Assembly (NCBI GenBank): GCA_037308085.1
Contig: CP147779.1
Span: forward strand, 2,560,001-2,624,000
Reading direction: 5' to 3'
DNA length: 64,000 bases
Origin: Promethearchaeati archaeon SRVP18_Atabeyarchaeia-1
Lineage (GTDB): Archaea > Asgardarchaeota > Atabeyarchaeia > Atabeyarchaeales > Atabeyarchaeaceae
Shown piece by piece: positions 47,362 through 57,686 of this stretch (position 1 is the first letter of the stretch; each line of letters opens with the position of its first letter). The notes below the pieces were generated by a model, which saw only the letters and a program-made list of their open reading frames with translations, was not told the DNA's origin and did no database searches. Made by a program: the position numbers and the translations under genes.

Positions 47362-48501
47362 CTATTTCGGCGTGGCACCAGTGAGTATTTCGGCCAGATC
47401 CACGACGGTAATTCTCCTTGGGTCTTCCATTCTAGCATTCTGGACTTCGATAAGGTGGTCTTTGCAGAACGGGCATGCAGTGGCGATCATTTCGGCTCCA
47501 GTGGCATAGGCTTCGTCTAATCGTCTTGTTCCCAATTTCTCTGCTATGCTGGGGTACGACACTCTCAAGCCGCCCCCGCTTCCACAGCAGTTGCTGTTCT
47601 TTCTGTTCCATTCCATTTCAATTAATCTAACGCCTTTAATCTGTTGAATGATGTTTCTGGGCTGATCAATTATGTTGCTGTGTCTTCCGAGGTGGCATGG
47701 GTCGTGGTACGTCAATCTCTTTGAGAGCTCAACTTTCGGAGTTCCTTTTCCGCTTGAATCAAGGTACTCGGTGAAGTGCATTACTTCGGCATCTAGCTTG
47801 TATCCTAGCCGGGGGTAGTCTTCCTTCAAGGTTCTGTGGCAACCGGGGCAACCAGTGACCACCATCTTGCAGTTCAAGTTGTTGATTGCTTCGGAGTTGT
47901 GGGCCAGGAGTTCCTTGGATGCGTCTTCAAGTCCCAGCCTTATCAGGGGTGAGCCGCAACACTTTTCGGAGTCAGCCAAAACTGTGAAGTCTTCGCCCAT
48001 TATTGTGAGTACTTTCATAATTGCATCGGCGATCTCGGGGTGTCTGTAAGCTGTTGTGCAACCTACGAAGTAGAGGATTTCACTCTTGCCGTCCTTCTTG
48101 TTGGCACCGTTCCTGATCTTTGAGAACCTCTTGCTATTTGGCTCTCCATAGGGGTTGGAGTTCTTCTGGGTGATTTCAAGGAGCCGGGTTATGTTCTTTG
48201 GCGCCAGCCCTTCTCCCACGATGTCCTTCCTGGCTCTCTCGACTATGTTCGCCACATCTACCTCCGGCTTGCACCAAGTTTTGCATAGCCCACAGGTGGC
48301 GCATTGGTAGATTGACTCGACCGCCTTGGGCGAGTATTTGATCTTGTTTATTGATGCTAGGTGGTAGGCGCTGCTGCGCCCGTAGGGCGTGATTGATTCG
48401 TTTTTTGTGGCGATTGCTGTGGGGCACACGAATCGGCACATTTTGAAGCAGCCAGTGCACATCTTGGCGTCAAATGGAATATCTCTCTGAAGTGTTGCCA
48501 A
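47362..48501 (-). CDS. Fe-S oxidoreductase (GlpC/HdrD-like, two CCG domains)
   Basis: CTGCFKMCRFVCP, CATCGLCKTWC, KCCGSP, YHDPCHLGR, CCGSGGG, TACPFC. Confidence 0.9.
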   Translation of the reverse strand: MATLQRDIPFDAKMCTGCFKMCRFVCPTAIATKNESITPYGRSSAYHLASINKIKYSPKAVESIYQCATCGLCKTWCKPEVDVANIVERARKDIVGEGLAPKNITRLLEITQKNSNPYGEPNSKRFSKIRNGANKKDGKSEILYFVGCTTAYRHPEIADAIMKVLTIMGEDFTVLADSEKCCGSPLIRLGLEDASKELLAHNSEAINNLNCKMVVTGCPGCHRTLKEDYPRLGYKLDAEVMHFTEYLDSSGKGTPKVELSKRLTYHDPCHLGRHSNIIDQPRNIIQQIKGVRLIEMEWNRKNSNCCGSGGGLRVSYPSIAEKLGTRRLDEAYATGAEMIATACPFCKDHLIEVQNARMEDPRRITVVDLAEILTGATPK

Positions 48502-48526
48502 CTGTGATAACCTCCTTGGTCTAGCT

Positions 48527-49954
48527 CTATAAACTGAGTTTTCCCGGATTCATGATGTTGTTGGGATCCAGAGCTTTCTTTAGCGTCTTCAGAAGCGCGT
48601 AGGACGACCCCAGTTCGGCTTCAAGCCATTTGCCTTTTAGCAGTCCTATGCTGTGGTGGTGGCTCATCGTTCCTCCTGATTCTATCGCAGCTTTCATTCC
48701 TTCATCCCAGCACCTCTTGTAGATCTCCTCTGCACGGATATCGTCAGGCTCGGTGAGTACAAAGATCATGTATATGGAGCCTCCTTCAGGGTAGAAGTGG
48801 GAGAAGTGAGCCATGGCTTGAACTCGTCCGCTTTTCTCCACAGTTTTCTTGACATTGTAGTAGAGCTCTTCGAGCTTGTCGTAGGTCGCTCCGACGTCTA
48901 TGGTGTCCGCTAGCATGTGCATTTTCGCGTAGACGGGGTTAGGGTAGTACATGTTAAATCTCTTTGTCCACCATTTCTCTGCTTCATCTCGCCCAAGATC
49001 TTTTCCGCCTTCTTCCTCACATATCTTTGTGGCGAGTTTCTCCTCTACCTCGACAAGCTCCTTGGGTCCCTCGAAACCGACTATGAGGAAACAGTTCTTC
49101 CTCGGGATCTTTACCATACCGAGTACCAGCATCGCGTCCGTTTCGTCGTAAAGTCTGATCAAGCAGGGGATGACGCCTCTTCTGTAGAGTTTTCGAACTG
49201 CTTCTAGCCCACTGTGTAAGGTCGGAAGTAGGAACCCCCTGAACCTTCTTTCCTCTGGTATCGGCATTATTTTGAGTGTGAGTTCCGTTATGATTCCAAG
49301 TGTCCCCTCTGAGCCTACGAGAATCTGATTTAGGTTTGGACCTACTGATGACTTTGGGACTTTCCTGGTCCTAATGATTTCTCCTGTCGGCAGGATCGCC
49401 TCAAGGCTGACAACCATATCTTCCACTCGACCGTACTTGGATGAGAAGGTTCCTGCTGAGCGACATGCAACGAATCCCCCGACGGATGAGCAGTACATTG
49501 AAGCTGGTTGGTGCGGGAACGTGTAGCCTCGCTTGTTCAGTTCATTCTCAAGGTCCTGTCCGATTATTCCTGGCTGAACGGTGACTGTTGCAGACTTCTC
49601 GTCTATCTCGAGAATCTTGTCAAGCTTCTTCAGATCAATAGTGATTCCTCCATGGATAGGTACGGTTCCACCGGTAACCCCTGCTCCCCCACCATATGGA
49701 ATTACTGGGATCTTCTTGTCGTTGGCGAGTTTGACTATCTTCACGATCTGGTCTATGGACTCAGGCCAAACTATGAAGTCGGGGTAGGGTTGAGTGACAC
49801 CTCTCTTGACCTCCATCAATCTCAGGGGCCAAGTGTCTTTGCTGTACGAAATCTTATCGAACTCAGCATCAGAGAGGTTACCTTCTCCTACGATGCCGAT
49901 CAAGTACTTCTTAACTGTTTCAAGCCTGCTGGCAGATGATTTATCGCTGCTCAT
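48527..49954 (-). CDS. VAO-type FAD oxidoreductase, alkyl-DHAP synthase (AGPS)-like
   Basis: PYGGGAGVTGG, GSEGTLGIITE, HFSHFYPEGGSIYMIF, SHHHSIG, DPNNIMNPGK. Confidence 0.85.
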   Translation of the reverse strand: MSSDKSSASRLETVKKYLIGIVGEGNLSDAEFDKISYSKDTWPLRLMEVKRGVTQPYPDFIVWPESIDQIVKIVKLANDKKIPVIPYGGGAGVTGGTVPIHGGITIDLKKLDKILEIDEKSATVTVQPGIIGQDLENELNKRGYTFPHQPASMYCSSVGGFVACRSAGTFSSKYGRVEDMVVSLEAILPTGEIIRTRKVPKSSVGPNLNQILVGSEGTLGIITELTLKIMPIPEERRFRGFLLPTLHSGLEAVRKLYRRGVIPCLIRLYDETDAMLVLGMVKIPRKNCFLIVGFEGPKELVEVEEKLATKICEEEGGKDLGRDEAEKWWTKRFNMYYPNPVYAKMHMLADTIDVGATYDKLEELYYNVKKTVEKSGRVQAMAHFSHFYPEGGSIYMIFVLTEPDDIRAEEIYKRCWDEGMKAAIESGGTMSHHHSIGLLKGKWLEAELGSSYALLKTLKKALDPNNIMNPGKLSL

Positions 49955-49993
49955 CTTTTGGTGCTCACCTTGGGTGCTTTGTTGGTCGTCTGG

Positions 49994-51277
49994 CTAAGCA
50001 ATCTTCTTTGCTAGGAGAACTGTTAGGTCTTCAACTTTCACAGCTGGTGACGAGTTGGAGGCTGCTTGACCTAGCTGGATCACGCATGTGGGGCATGGCG
50101 CCACGATTTTCGTGGGTGCTTCTCCTTGTTTGAGGATCTCCTCCAATCTGGCGTTCGTGATTTCATTTGATACGTCTGCTCTGTACGTGCTTAGTAAGCC
50201 ACCTGCGCCGCAGCACTTCTGTCGAGTGTTCGTTGTTGTTATTTCGACTCCAGGTAGCACTCTCGTAAGTTCGATGATGTAATCTTGTGTGCGTCTGCTT
50301 AGATGCCTGCTCAGGTGACATGCTGAGTGAATAGCGATTCTTTCACTTTCCTTCTTCTTGCCTCCTTTGGACCTTGCGAGATCTGAGATCTTCTTCGTGC
50401 CTACGTCTTCCACCAAGTACTCGACTAGATGTTTTACTCGTATTCCAGAGCTTGGCGCGATTCGGGCGACGGCCTCCTGTATCGTGTTGGCACATCCTGA
50501 GCATGTAGCGATGATCGTCTCAGCCCCAAGCTGTTTTACTTTGTCGATAGTTGTAGCGGCGAGTTTGTTTGCAAGGTCTGTATCTCCTATTAGAGAGGCC
50601 GGCAGACCGCAACACGTCTCATTCTTCAGGAGAGTGAAGTCCAAGCCGAGCTTTTCCAGGATGAGTTTTCCGGATTCTCTGATCTCCAGAGCTCTATGCG
50701 TTGATAGGCAGCCTGCGAAGTAGGCGACCTTGGCTGACGCCTTGTAGATGTCTTTCTTGTATGGTAGGTCGAGATCATTCATTGCGGATTCTGCGAGATC
50801 AGTGCGGAGCCCTTCGTCTTCAGGGGGCAGGCTCGTTCCGTATTCGTGGAGGTTTTTGAGCATCTGTTTGTGTGACTCCGGGATCAAGTCTGGTCGCAGC
50901 CTGAATACCTTAGCTCTCAGCCAGCTGATGATAGCCGGCACTGGGACTTTCTCAGGACATATCTCCTGACAGCTCCCGCATTCGGTGCATGTGTAGATTA
51001 GATCCTTTATGTTCCAAAAGCCCGGATTCACTCTGGACAGAGTTGTGGCCATGGCCCTTGGTCCAGGGAATACATCGAATGATGTTGCTTCTAGAACTGG
51101 GCAGCTTGAGAGACATATTCCACAGTTTAGGCACTTCCCTAGTTCTGCAAGCAGCTTTTCTTCGCCTGGCTCGCCCTTCAAAAGGTTCAAGGATCTTATC
51201 TTCTGCTCTATGAACTCTATTCCACTAGCCACGTTGGTTGCAGATTCTTTTCCCGCAATCGACATGTTTTTCGTCAC
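49994..51277 (-). CDS. glpC: Anaerobic glycerol-3-phosphate dehydrogenase subunit C-like Fe-S protein
   Basis: Two CxxCxxCxxxCP motifs plus CCG domains; directly downstream of glpB. Confidence 0.8.
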   Translation of the reverse strand: MTKNMSIAGKESATNVASGIEFIEQKIRSLNLLKGEPGEEKLLAELGKCLNCGICLSSCPVLEATSFDVFPGPRAMATTLSRVNPGFWNIKDLIYTCTECGSCQEICPEKVPVPAIISWLRAKVFRLRPDLIPESHKQMLKNLHEYGTSLPPEDEGLRTDLAESAMNDLDLPYKKDIYKASAKVAYFAGCLSTHRALEIRESGKLILEKLGLDFTLLKNETCCGLPASLIGDTDLANKLAATTIDKVKQLGAETIIATCSGCANTIQEAVARIAPSSGIRVKHLVEYLVEDVGTKKISDLARSKGGKKKESERIAIHSACHLSRHLSRRTQDYIIELTRVLPGVEITTTNTRQKCCGAGGLLSTYRADVSNEITNARLEEILKQGEAPTKIVAPCPTCVIQLGQAASNSSPAVKVEDLTVLLAKKIA

Positions 51278-51328
51278 GCCTCTCTCGTTACCTTCCTTCG
51301 ATAGGTTCTTCCGTTTGGCATCCGTCTC

Positions 51329-52726
51329 TTACTTTGAAGCTTCTTCGCCCGCTGCGTAGCCTGTGGCGATTGCAGCGCCATACCTGCATCCGCCACTTGT
51401 GTGGTTGAATCCTGAGAGGATATTTCCACAGGCGAAGAGGTTATCATAGACGACTTCTCCATCAGCTGAAATAGGCTGCAGGTTTTCATTTACCTTGACG
51501 CCGACTGAGAATATCGGGTGTCCGTTGATCGGCAAGGCCTCGTTTGAGAGCATCGTTCTGATGAATACGTCGTTTACTTGTGCATCGTTCTCGTCGAAGA
51601 GCGGTAGATCTAAGAGTGGCTCTTTGACGGTCTCTTCGCTCTCGATTACTCCTCCGCCGATGAAGCTACCCGTCGCAAGCACGAATCTCTCGGCCTCCAC
51701 TTGGAAGTCTCTTTGACCTGATACTACGGACATCGTCTTGAGGGTTCTCTTCTCGGATCCAAAACGAGTTGCTTCGTATGGAAGCATGATCGTTACTCCA
51801 GACTTGTCGGCTGAGTCATCCAGCGCTAGTTGCAGCCTGTAGCCAATGACTGAAGGCGGGGTCAATGTCACGCATTCGAAGGGCGTGAGACCAGATTCCT
51901 CGCCAATAATCTTCATCTTCTCCTCGACGTTCCTTATCCCGATACATGGAGGCAGGCACACGTGTGTTGCCTTGTTGCCATTGGTGAGACCTGCTATCAT
52001 GGCTCCAATCTTCCCAGCGACTTCTTCTTCGCGGTCAATCTGCTTTGCCACCTCTATGCTTTGGATCGTACTCCTAGTTTCAAAGCCTGGTAGTTCGATT
52101 ACCTCGCTTCGGTCCCCGCTGACTTCAATCGGAAGCCCCACTATTCTTGCCGTGTCGGCGAAGTTCTTCGCGCAGAGACGAGGATCATAGTCAGAGTGCC
52201 CCTTGAATCCTACAAACATTATCTTGCCGTTATCGATCTTGGTGAGGTCCCCCTTCGCGACGCTTGAAGGGGCTAGGCAAGTGGATCTTACTGAACCGAT
52301 GGAGTTAATTAGAAGCATGTTATGCTTCAGTGAACCTTCAACTGGAAAACCGACTTCGTTCATGTCGTGAACATAGTCTGCGACAGATTTGGAAATCGTT
52401 TCGCCACAACCACCATCCCGCTCTTCACTGTCCTGGATTCCGCTCCATCCTTCGCGTTGAAGAATCAGGCTATAGGGGTGGTTCTTCTTGACTGCATACT
52501 TCTTTCGAACTAGTATGTCTGGTGGCTCTAATGGAATCTTAATCACAGTGGGGTTGGCAACATCAGCTACGCCCGTGGACATAGCTGTCGCTCCGTACGC
52601 CTTGGAGAAGACAGTGACTTTCTTGCCTTTGCGAGCGGCCTGCTTCGCAGCAGTTAGCCCGGCGATCCCGCAGCCAATGACAGCAACATCAGTCCGTAGT
52701 TTCTCCAAACCTAATTCCACTCCCAC
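51329..52726 (-). CDS. glpB: Anaerobic glycerol-3-phosphate dehydrogenase subunit B
   Basis: DVAVIGCGIAG, PPSVIGYRL, VLATGSFIGGG, NLFACGNILSG. Confidence 0.88.
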   Translation of the reverse strand: MGVELGLEKLRTDVAVIGCGIAGLTAAKQAARKGKKVTVFSKAYGATAMSTGVADVANPTVIKIPLEPPDILVRKKYAVKKNHPYSLILQREGWSGIQDSEERDGGCGETISKSVADYVHDMNEVGFPVEGSLKHNMLLINSIGSVRSTCLAPSSVAKGDLTKIDNGKIMFVGFKGHSDYDPRLCAKNFADTARIVGLPIEVSGDRSEVIELPGFETRSTIQSIEVAKQIDREEEVAGKIGAMIAGLTNGNKATHVCLPPCIGIRNVEEKMKIIGEESGLTPFECVTLTPPSVIGYRLQLALDDSADKSGVTIMLPYEATRFGSEKRTLKTMSVVSGQRDFQVEAERFVLATGSFIGGGVIESEETVKEPLLDLPLFDENDAQVNDVFIRTMLSNEALPINGHPIFSVGVKVNENLQPISADGEVVYDNLFACGNILSGFNHTSGGCRYGAAIATGYAAGEEASK

Positions 52727-52737
52727 AGCTTCGCTTG

Positions 52738-54423
52738 CTAAGCGGCCTCCTCACCCTCTGGGCTGTTGTTGTGTTGATTCATCTTTCTCCACATCTCGCC
52801 GAGGTGGCAGTAACTTGATTGGAGGACTTCCTCTTGCGCGAGCTGCCTACCTAGGAGTAAGGGCCTTTTGCCTCTCCACCTTTCTTCAAGCAGATTCTTC
52901 ATGTCTCCCATTAGAACCTCTGGAGAAAGTTTCAGCTCGTCGCCAAGTATCGCTGCGACTTTGTGGATGCATGAGCAACCTTGGCAAGGGCCCATCGCAA
53001 CCCTCGTTCTTCTTCGAACATCATTCATTGTTCTGGCCCATTCATTCCTTATCGAGTAGCGAATCGCAGCTTCAGGTATCGACTCGCAGTTGCATACTTC
53101 CATCTTGTACTGCGGGTTCTCCTCGGTAAGCATTAGAACACCGCTCGCCCTTGTCCCGTAAAGGTATGCAAGCTTTGCTGCCACGTGAGGATAGATACCG
53201 AACTTGCTCGCAAGTTGATCCACGTCTACTTCTTTTTCAGCGCCGATCAGCGGGTCTGTGTGGGTCCGGCACTCAGCGCTCCTGCCTAGTTTCTTGCATA
53301 TAAGGTCAGTCATTTTCTCTGCCATGATTCGGTAGAGAACCAATTTTCCGCCCCCGAAAGAGAGAAATCCTGAAACGCCTTTCTTCTCTCCGAAGTCGAT
53401 GATTTCGAAGTTTCTAGTAACTTTGTCTTCTGGGATTCCGTATTGGTTGATCATCGGTCTCACGCCAGTCATTGTCCTTATTATCCTCGCCTCGCGTATG
53501 CTTGGAATCGCTCGCTCCATTGCTGACATCAGGTACTCAACGTCGTCGTATGTTGTCTCGACTTCGTCGGGATCGCAGAAGATATCGGTGGCCGTCGTAC
53601 CGAGAATCGTAGTGTTCTCATGTGGAAAGAGGTAAGCTGTTCTGCCATCTATGCACTTGGCTATTATTCCTATGTCAGATACTCTTCTATCGAAGATCAC
53701 GTGACTTCCTTTATTGAGCCGAAGCGGATGTTCCAGCTCAGCCATCTCTGCAATCTCGGAACCCCATGGCCCCGCAGCATTTACGACCATCTTTCCTTTT
53801 ATCTCCCTAGTTTCTCCAGATGGGTTGTCTCTGACTCTGACGCCTGTGACAGTATTGCCGTCTCTCAGCACATCGGTCACTTCTGTATGCGTTACGATTT
53901 TGGCTCCGTGGACTTCCGCATCGAGGGCGTTCATTAGGACGAGACGGAACGGATCGATGAAGTATTCCCTGAAGTAAACTGCGCTCAGAACATCCGAACT
54001 AAGCTTTGGTTCCACTCTGAGCGTTTCTTCTTTTGTTAGCGTTACGACGGGGTCACCCTTACGAAGCTCACTATACCCAGCATATCCAGCCACGAAGAGC
54101 CTGCCTTGGTTTGCATCGGCCTTGTCAAGAAAAGGAATCAGTATAGGAGTACTGAAGATCACGTTTCTAGCGATCTTGGCAATTATCGCTGATTCAACTG
54201 AGCAGAGCTTTACCATGGGTGGCTCCATTAGGTACTTGGGTCCGCCAGATATCATTCCTGCACAGGTGGCAACGGCGCCTGAAGCAAGGTCATTTCTCTC
54301 GACAAGAATTGTCTTCAGTCCACGCTTGGCGCAGTCTCTTGCAGTCCCGACTCCAGCGCTCCCACCGCCAATGATCACAACGTCAAAAAGCTCATCACTA
54401 TCATAGCGAACGGTTATCGTCAC
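52738..54423 (-). CDS. glpA: Anaerobic glycerol-3-phosphate dehydrogenase subunit A
   Basis: IIGGGSAG, VVNAAGPW, GVRP, GGKL, C-terminal BFD-like CNCE...RRTRVAMGPCQGCSC. Confidence 0.9.
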   Translation of the reverse strand: MTITVRYDSDELFDVVIIGGGSAGVGTARDCAKRGLKTILVERNDLASGAVATCAGMISGGPKYLMEPPMVKLCSVESAIIAKIARNVIFSTPILIPFLDKADANQGRLFVAGYAGYSELRKGDPVVTLTKEETLRVEPKLSSDVLSAVYFREYFIDPFRLVLMNALDAEVHGAKIVTHTEVTDVLRDGNTVTGVRVRDNPSGETREIKGKMVVNAAGPWGSEIAEMAELEHPLRLNKGSHVIFDRRVSDIGIIAKCIDGRTAYLFPHENTTILGTTATDIFCDPDEVETTYDDVEYLMSAMERAIPSIREARIIRTMTGVRPMINQYGIPEDKVTRNFEIIDFGEKKGVSGFLSFGGGKLVLYRIMAEKMTDLICKKLGRSAECRTHTDPLIGAEKEVDVDQLASKFGIYPHVAAKLAYLYGTRASGVLMLTEENPQYKMEVCNCESIPEAAIRYSIRNEWARTMNDVRRRTRVAMGPCQGCSCIHKVAAILGDELKLSPEVLMGDMKNLLEERWRGKRPLLLGRQLAQEEVLQSSYCHLGEMWRKMNQHNNSPEGEEAA

Positions 54424-54582
54424 TCACCTCGATATTCAGGGACACTACTTAGTGGGAATCCACGCTTGATATAAGGCATACGGTGTCTCACGTCCTTATC
54501 TCATGACGAGGGAGAAACGGGAGTCGGGTCGCGTCCTCTTCTACGAGAACTGATTTCAGTACTGGAAGCGGTTACGTAGAGG

Positions 54583-54972
54583 CTACAAGCTTAGTAGGAT
54601 TCTGATTTCTGGTTTCACCTTGAGCGTGTTGTGGACAGTGCATTCTTCAACCATTCTCAGAAGCCCAGCCCTCTCCTTTTGCGCGAGTTTAGCTGGTAGA
54701 GTGATTCGAGCCTCAATTGATCCTATTCTATGAGGGTTCTCTGACCAACCCCAGCTTAGGTCAACTTTAAGCCCTCCCGCGGCTATCTTGCGTCGCCGAC
54801 AAAAAACGCTGGCAAAGTAGCCGATGCAGGATCCTAGGGAAGCGACAAACAACTCGATAGGTGACATGCCAGCATCTGAACCACCGTCCTCTTCTGGCTG
54901 ATCTATTATCACCTTGTGTCCTCTGCATTCTGCTTCAAACTTCACATTTTCAACTAGGGACACACTCATCAT
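54583..54972 (-). CDS. OsmC/YhfA-family protein
   Basis: DQPEEDGGSDAGMSPIEL..SLGSC...CTVHNTL. Confidence 0.9.
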   Translation of the reverse strand: MMSVSLVENVKFEAECRGHKVIIDQPEEDGGSDAGMSPIELFVASLGSCIGYFASVFCRRRKIAAGGLKVDLSWGWSENPHRIGSIEARITLPAKLAQKERAGLLRMVEECTVHNTLKVKPEIRILLSL

Positions 54973-55256
54973 TGGTAGCAGTCATCTCTCATTCTACTCT
55001 TGGTACACATCTTATCGAGAAACAGCCATCCATGATAAGCTATATCAAGCTTCCCTAAGTACATTCATGGACTGGCTTGTATCACGCGCCACTGCGAGTA
55101 ATCCTCTCGTCTGAAGCGAATTGTAGCCATTTTGCGTCGGGCGACTGCTGTTCATGGACGCCGAGGATCAAGGTTTCTGAGGACATGTATGTTATATCTG
55201 GAGCTATCCTTCCTCTTTGACTGTGATACTGACTGATTGAGTGGAGGTCCTTCGAC

Positions 55257-55874
55257 ATGGAGAAGATAGAAGAACTGATCCAGCGGGTGCGGAAGATTGA
55301 ACATGGATTCAAGGGAATAGAGGAGGAGGCGAGGGATATTACGGAAAAGAATCCCGTCGAAGGTTGCCTGGTTATCTCAAGAAAGTTGTTTTCCTCCGAT
55401 GTCTATCAAGCAAGATCTCTGGCAACTTTTGTTCTTGGAGCGATTGCCCAAATATCACAGGAGGCTCTCCGTTTCTTGAGGGAAAAAGTGAGTAAGGATC
55501 AGAGCTGGCAGGTTCAAGAGATCTTGGCGAAGGCGTTTGATCGATATTGCACAGACACTGGTTATGAACAAGCTTTGCCAGTCATAGAAGAATGGATGAA
55601 AGACGAAAACCCGAATGTCAGAAGAGCAGTCACTGAGGGATTAAGGATATGGACGAACAGAGAGTACTTCAAGGAAAATCCCGGAGCTGCGATCAGGTTG
55701 CTGAGCCAGCTAAAAGATGATGAGAGCGAGTATGTTAGAAAATCTGTTGGAAACGCTCTCCGGGATATTAGCAGGAAACACGGAGACTTGGTTGAGTCTG
55801 AGCTGAGAAAGTGGGATACTTCCGATAAAAGAGTAAAGCAGACTTACGGGCTTGCTAGCAGATTCCTGGCCTGA
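55257..55874 (+). CDS. HEAT-repeat DNA alkylation repair (AlkD-like) protein
   Basis: WQVQEILAKAFD, NVRRAVTEGLRIWT, DESEYVRKSVGNALRDISR. Confidence 0.85.
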   Translation: MEKIEELIQRVRKIEHGFKGIEEEARDITEKNPVEGCLVISRKLFSSDVYQARSLATFVLGAIAQISQEALRFLREKVSKDQSWQVQEILAKAFDRYCTDTGYEQALPVIEEWMKDENPNVRRAVTEGLRIWTNREYFKENPGAAIRLLSQLKDDESEYVRKSVGNALRDISRKHGDLVESELRKWDTSDKRVKQTYGLASRFLA

Positions 55875-55971
55875 GGAATCTATGTATAATGAGGGACTAT
55901 GGCGATTTCTCTTTTGGTATTTGCATTCTGGACGGAGAGTGGCAATTCTAGGGCGCGACTTCATGTCGGGG

Positions 55972-57465
55972 CTATAAGGTTATCTCTCCAGTGACTCTCT
56001 TGCCTAAGTATGTTGTCATGAGTAGGTTCTGGAATGTAGTGTACATCTTGTTGTAAGCCTTAAGGCATTCCCTGTCGGGTTCCTTCTTGTCAACGAAGTG
56101 AACCATGTTCTTAATTGCCTCGTCAACAGACTTGTAGATTGATGCTCCAGTGGCGGCCAGAATTGCAGCTCCCAGGGATGAGCCCTCGGTTACCTTTGGT
56201 ACTACAACTGTTTTTCCGTTCACGTCACATATGATTTGGTTCCATAGGTTCGACTTTGAGCCGCCTCCATCTACTCTGATCTCACTGCTTTTCATCTTCA
56301 TGGTTTCCATTAGTGTGAGATAGAATCTTATTGCGAAAGCATTACATTCGAGTATTGCTCTTGCTATGTGTTTTCGCGTGTGTCCAAATGATAGCCCATG
56401 GATCGCGCCTTTGGCAAAAGTGAACAAAGGTACTATCAGCAGCCCGCCTGCGCATGCATCAATGCTCTTAGCCTCCTCCACTAGAAAGTCATATGGATCG
56501 ATCTTGCTTTCCTTGGCTTTGTTGACTTCGTACGTGCTAAACTGATCCTTGAACCATTTCAGGAGTAATCCTGTGCCCGGAAGAGCACCCTCAAGAATCC
56601 ACTTGTCCTTGATGACATATGGGTTGGTGAACAAGTTTCCTCCTGGGTCGAAGATTGGTTTTCCTTCAAGTACAGTGACCACAAACGTGCCCGTGCCCGT
56701 CGTTGCTTTCGCGGGTCCAGGACCAGTCATTCCAAGTCCAAGGGCAGAGCATTGTACGTCAGCTCCACCCATGATCACGGGCAAACCGGCAATGAGCCCA
56801 GTTTCCTCCGCGGCCCTGCTAGTTACCTCTCCCAGCGGCGTTCCTGGAGCATGTATATCGGGCCACTTGTCAATTGGAACGCCTGCTGCATCAGCAAGCT
56901 CCTGAGACCAAGACATTGTGTTAGTATCTATGATGCCGTAGATTGCATTTGAGTAATCGGTTACGATTTTTCCGGTTAGCTTGTGGTAGAGATAAGCGTC
57001 AACTTGAATGAACTTGTATGTCTTCTCAAAGATTCCAGGGTGATTTTCCTTTATCCATAGTATCTTTGACAGAGAGGAATTGGTCCACCACCCGGTTGGT
57101 CTCGTGATCTTCTTCTTCAGCGGTTCAATGAGAGGTGATGTCCTGGAGTCCATCCACGTTATCCCAGGCAGAAGGTGATTTCCATCTTTGTCTACTGCGA
57201 TCGTTGTTGCCCGCTGGGTGCTTACAGATAGTGCTGCAATCTCTTTCGGAGATATACTTGCCTTCTTCAAGACCTCCTTCATTGTTGAAGCAGAGCTGCT
57301 CCACCACATGGGCGGATCCTGCTCGGAGACGCCCGGTGGTTGTCGCTTCTCCGGATATTCCTTGTAGGACATTGCTTTGAGGTTTCCCTGCGGATCGAAT
57401 ATCACAGAGCGCGCCCCAGTTGTTCCTGCATCAATTATGGCCAAGTAGTGACCTTTTTCAGGCAT
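55972..57465 (-). CDS. FGGY-family carbohydrate kinase
   Basis: IDAGTTGARS, EQDP, TWMDSR, GGADVQC, TTGTG, DGGGSKS. Confidence 0.92.
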   Translation of the reverse strand: MPEKGHYLAIIDAGTTGARSVIFDPQGNLKAMSYKEYPEKRQPPGVSEQDPPMWWSSSASTMKEVLKKASISPKEIAALSVSTQRATTIAVDKDGNHLLPGITWMDSRTSPLIEPLKKKITRPTGWWTNSSLSKILWIKENHPGIFEKTYKFIQVDAYLYHKLTGKIVTDYSNAIYGIIDTNTMSWSQELADAAGVPIDKWPDIHAPGTPLGEVTSRAAEETGLIAGLPVIMGGADVQCSALGLGMTGPGPAKATTGTGTFVVTVLEGKPIFDPGGNLFTNPYVIKDKWILEGALPGTGLLLKWFKDQFSTYEVNKAKESKIDPYDFLVEEAKSIDACAGGLLIVPLFTFAKGAIHGLSFGHTRKHIARAILECNAFAIRFYLTLMETMKMKSSEIRVDGGGSKSNLWNQIICDVNGKTVVVPKVTEGSSLGAAILAATGASIYKSVDEAIKNMVHFVDKKEPDRECLKAYNKMYTTFQNLLMTTYLGKRVTGEITL

Positions 57466-57686
57466 GCTAAACCCTTCCTATCATTCACGCTAATGAGGAG
57501 AGATAAAATACGGGCACTTCCAATCCGGTTAGACATTACGTCGACGTCCTTTATATAGCACGTAGTATTCCTGATGACCGAAGAATGTATAATGACGGAG
57601 TTGGATAAGTTCACCGCCAGCTTCTGCGCTCTCCCGATCGAAAGCAAGGGATTGACAATAGTTATTGGCTAGCACTCAATTATTCA

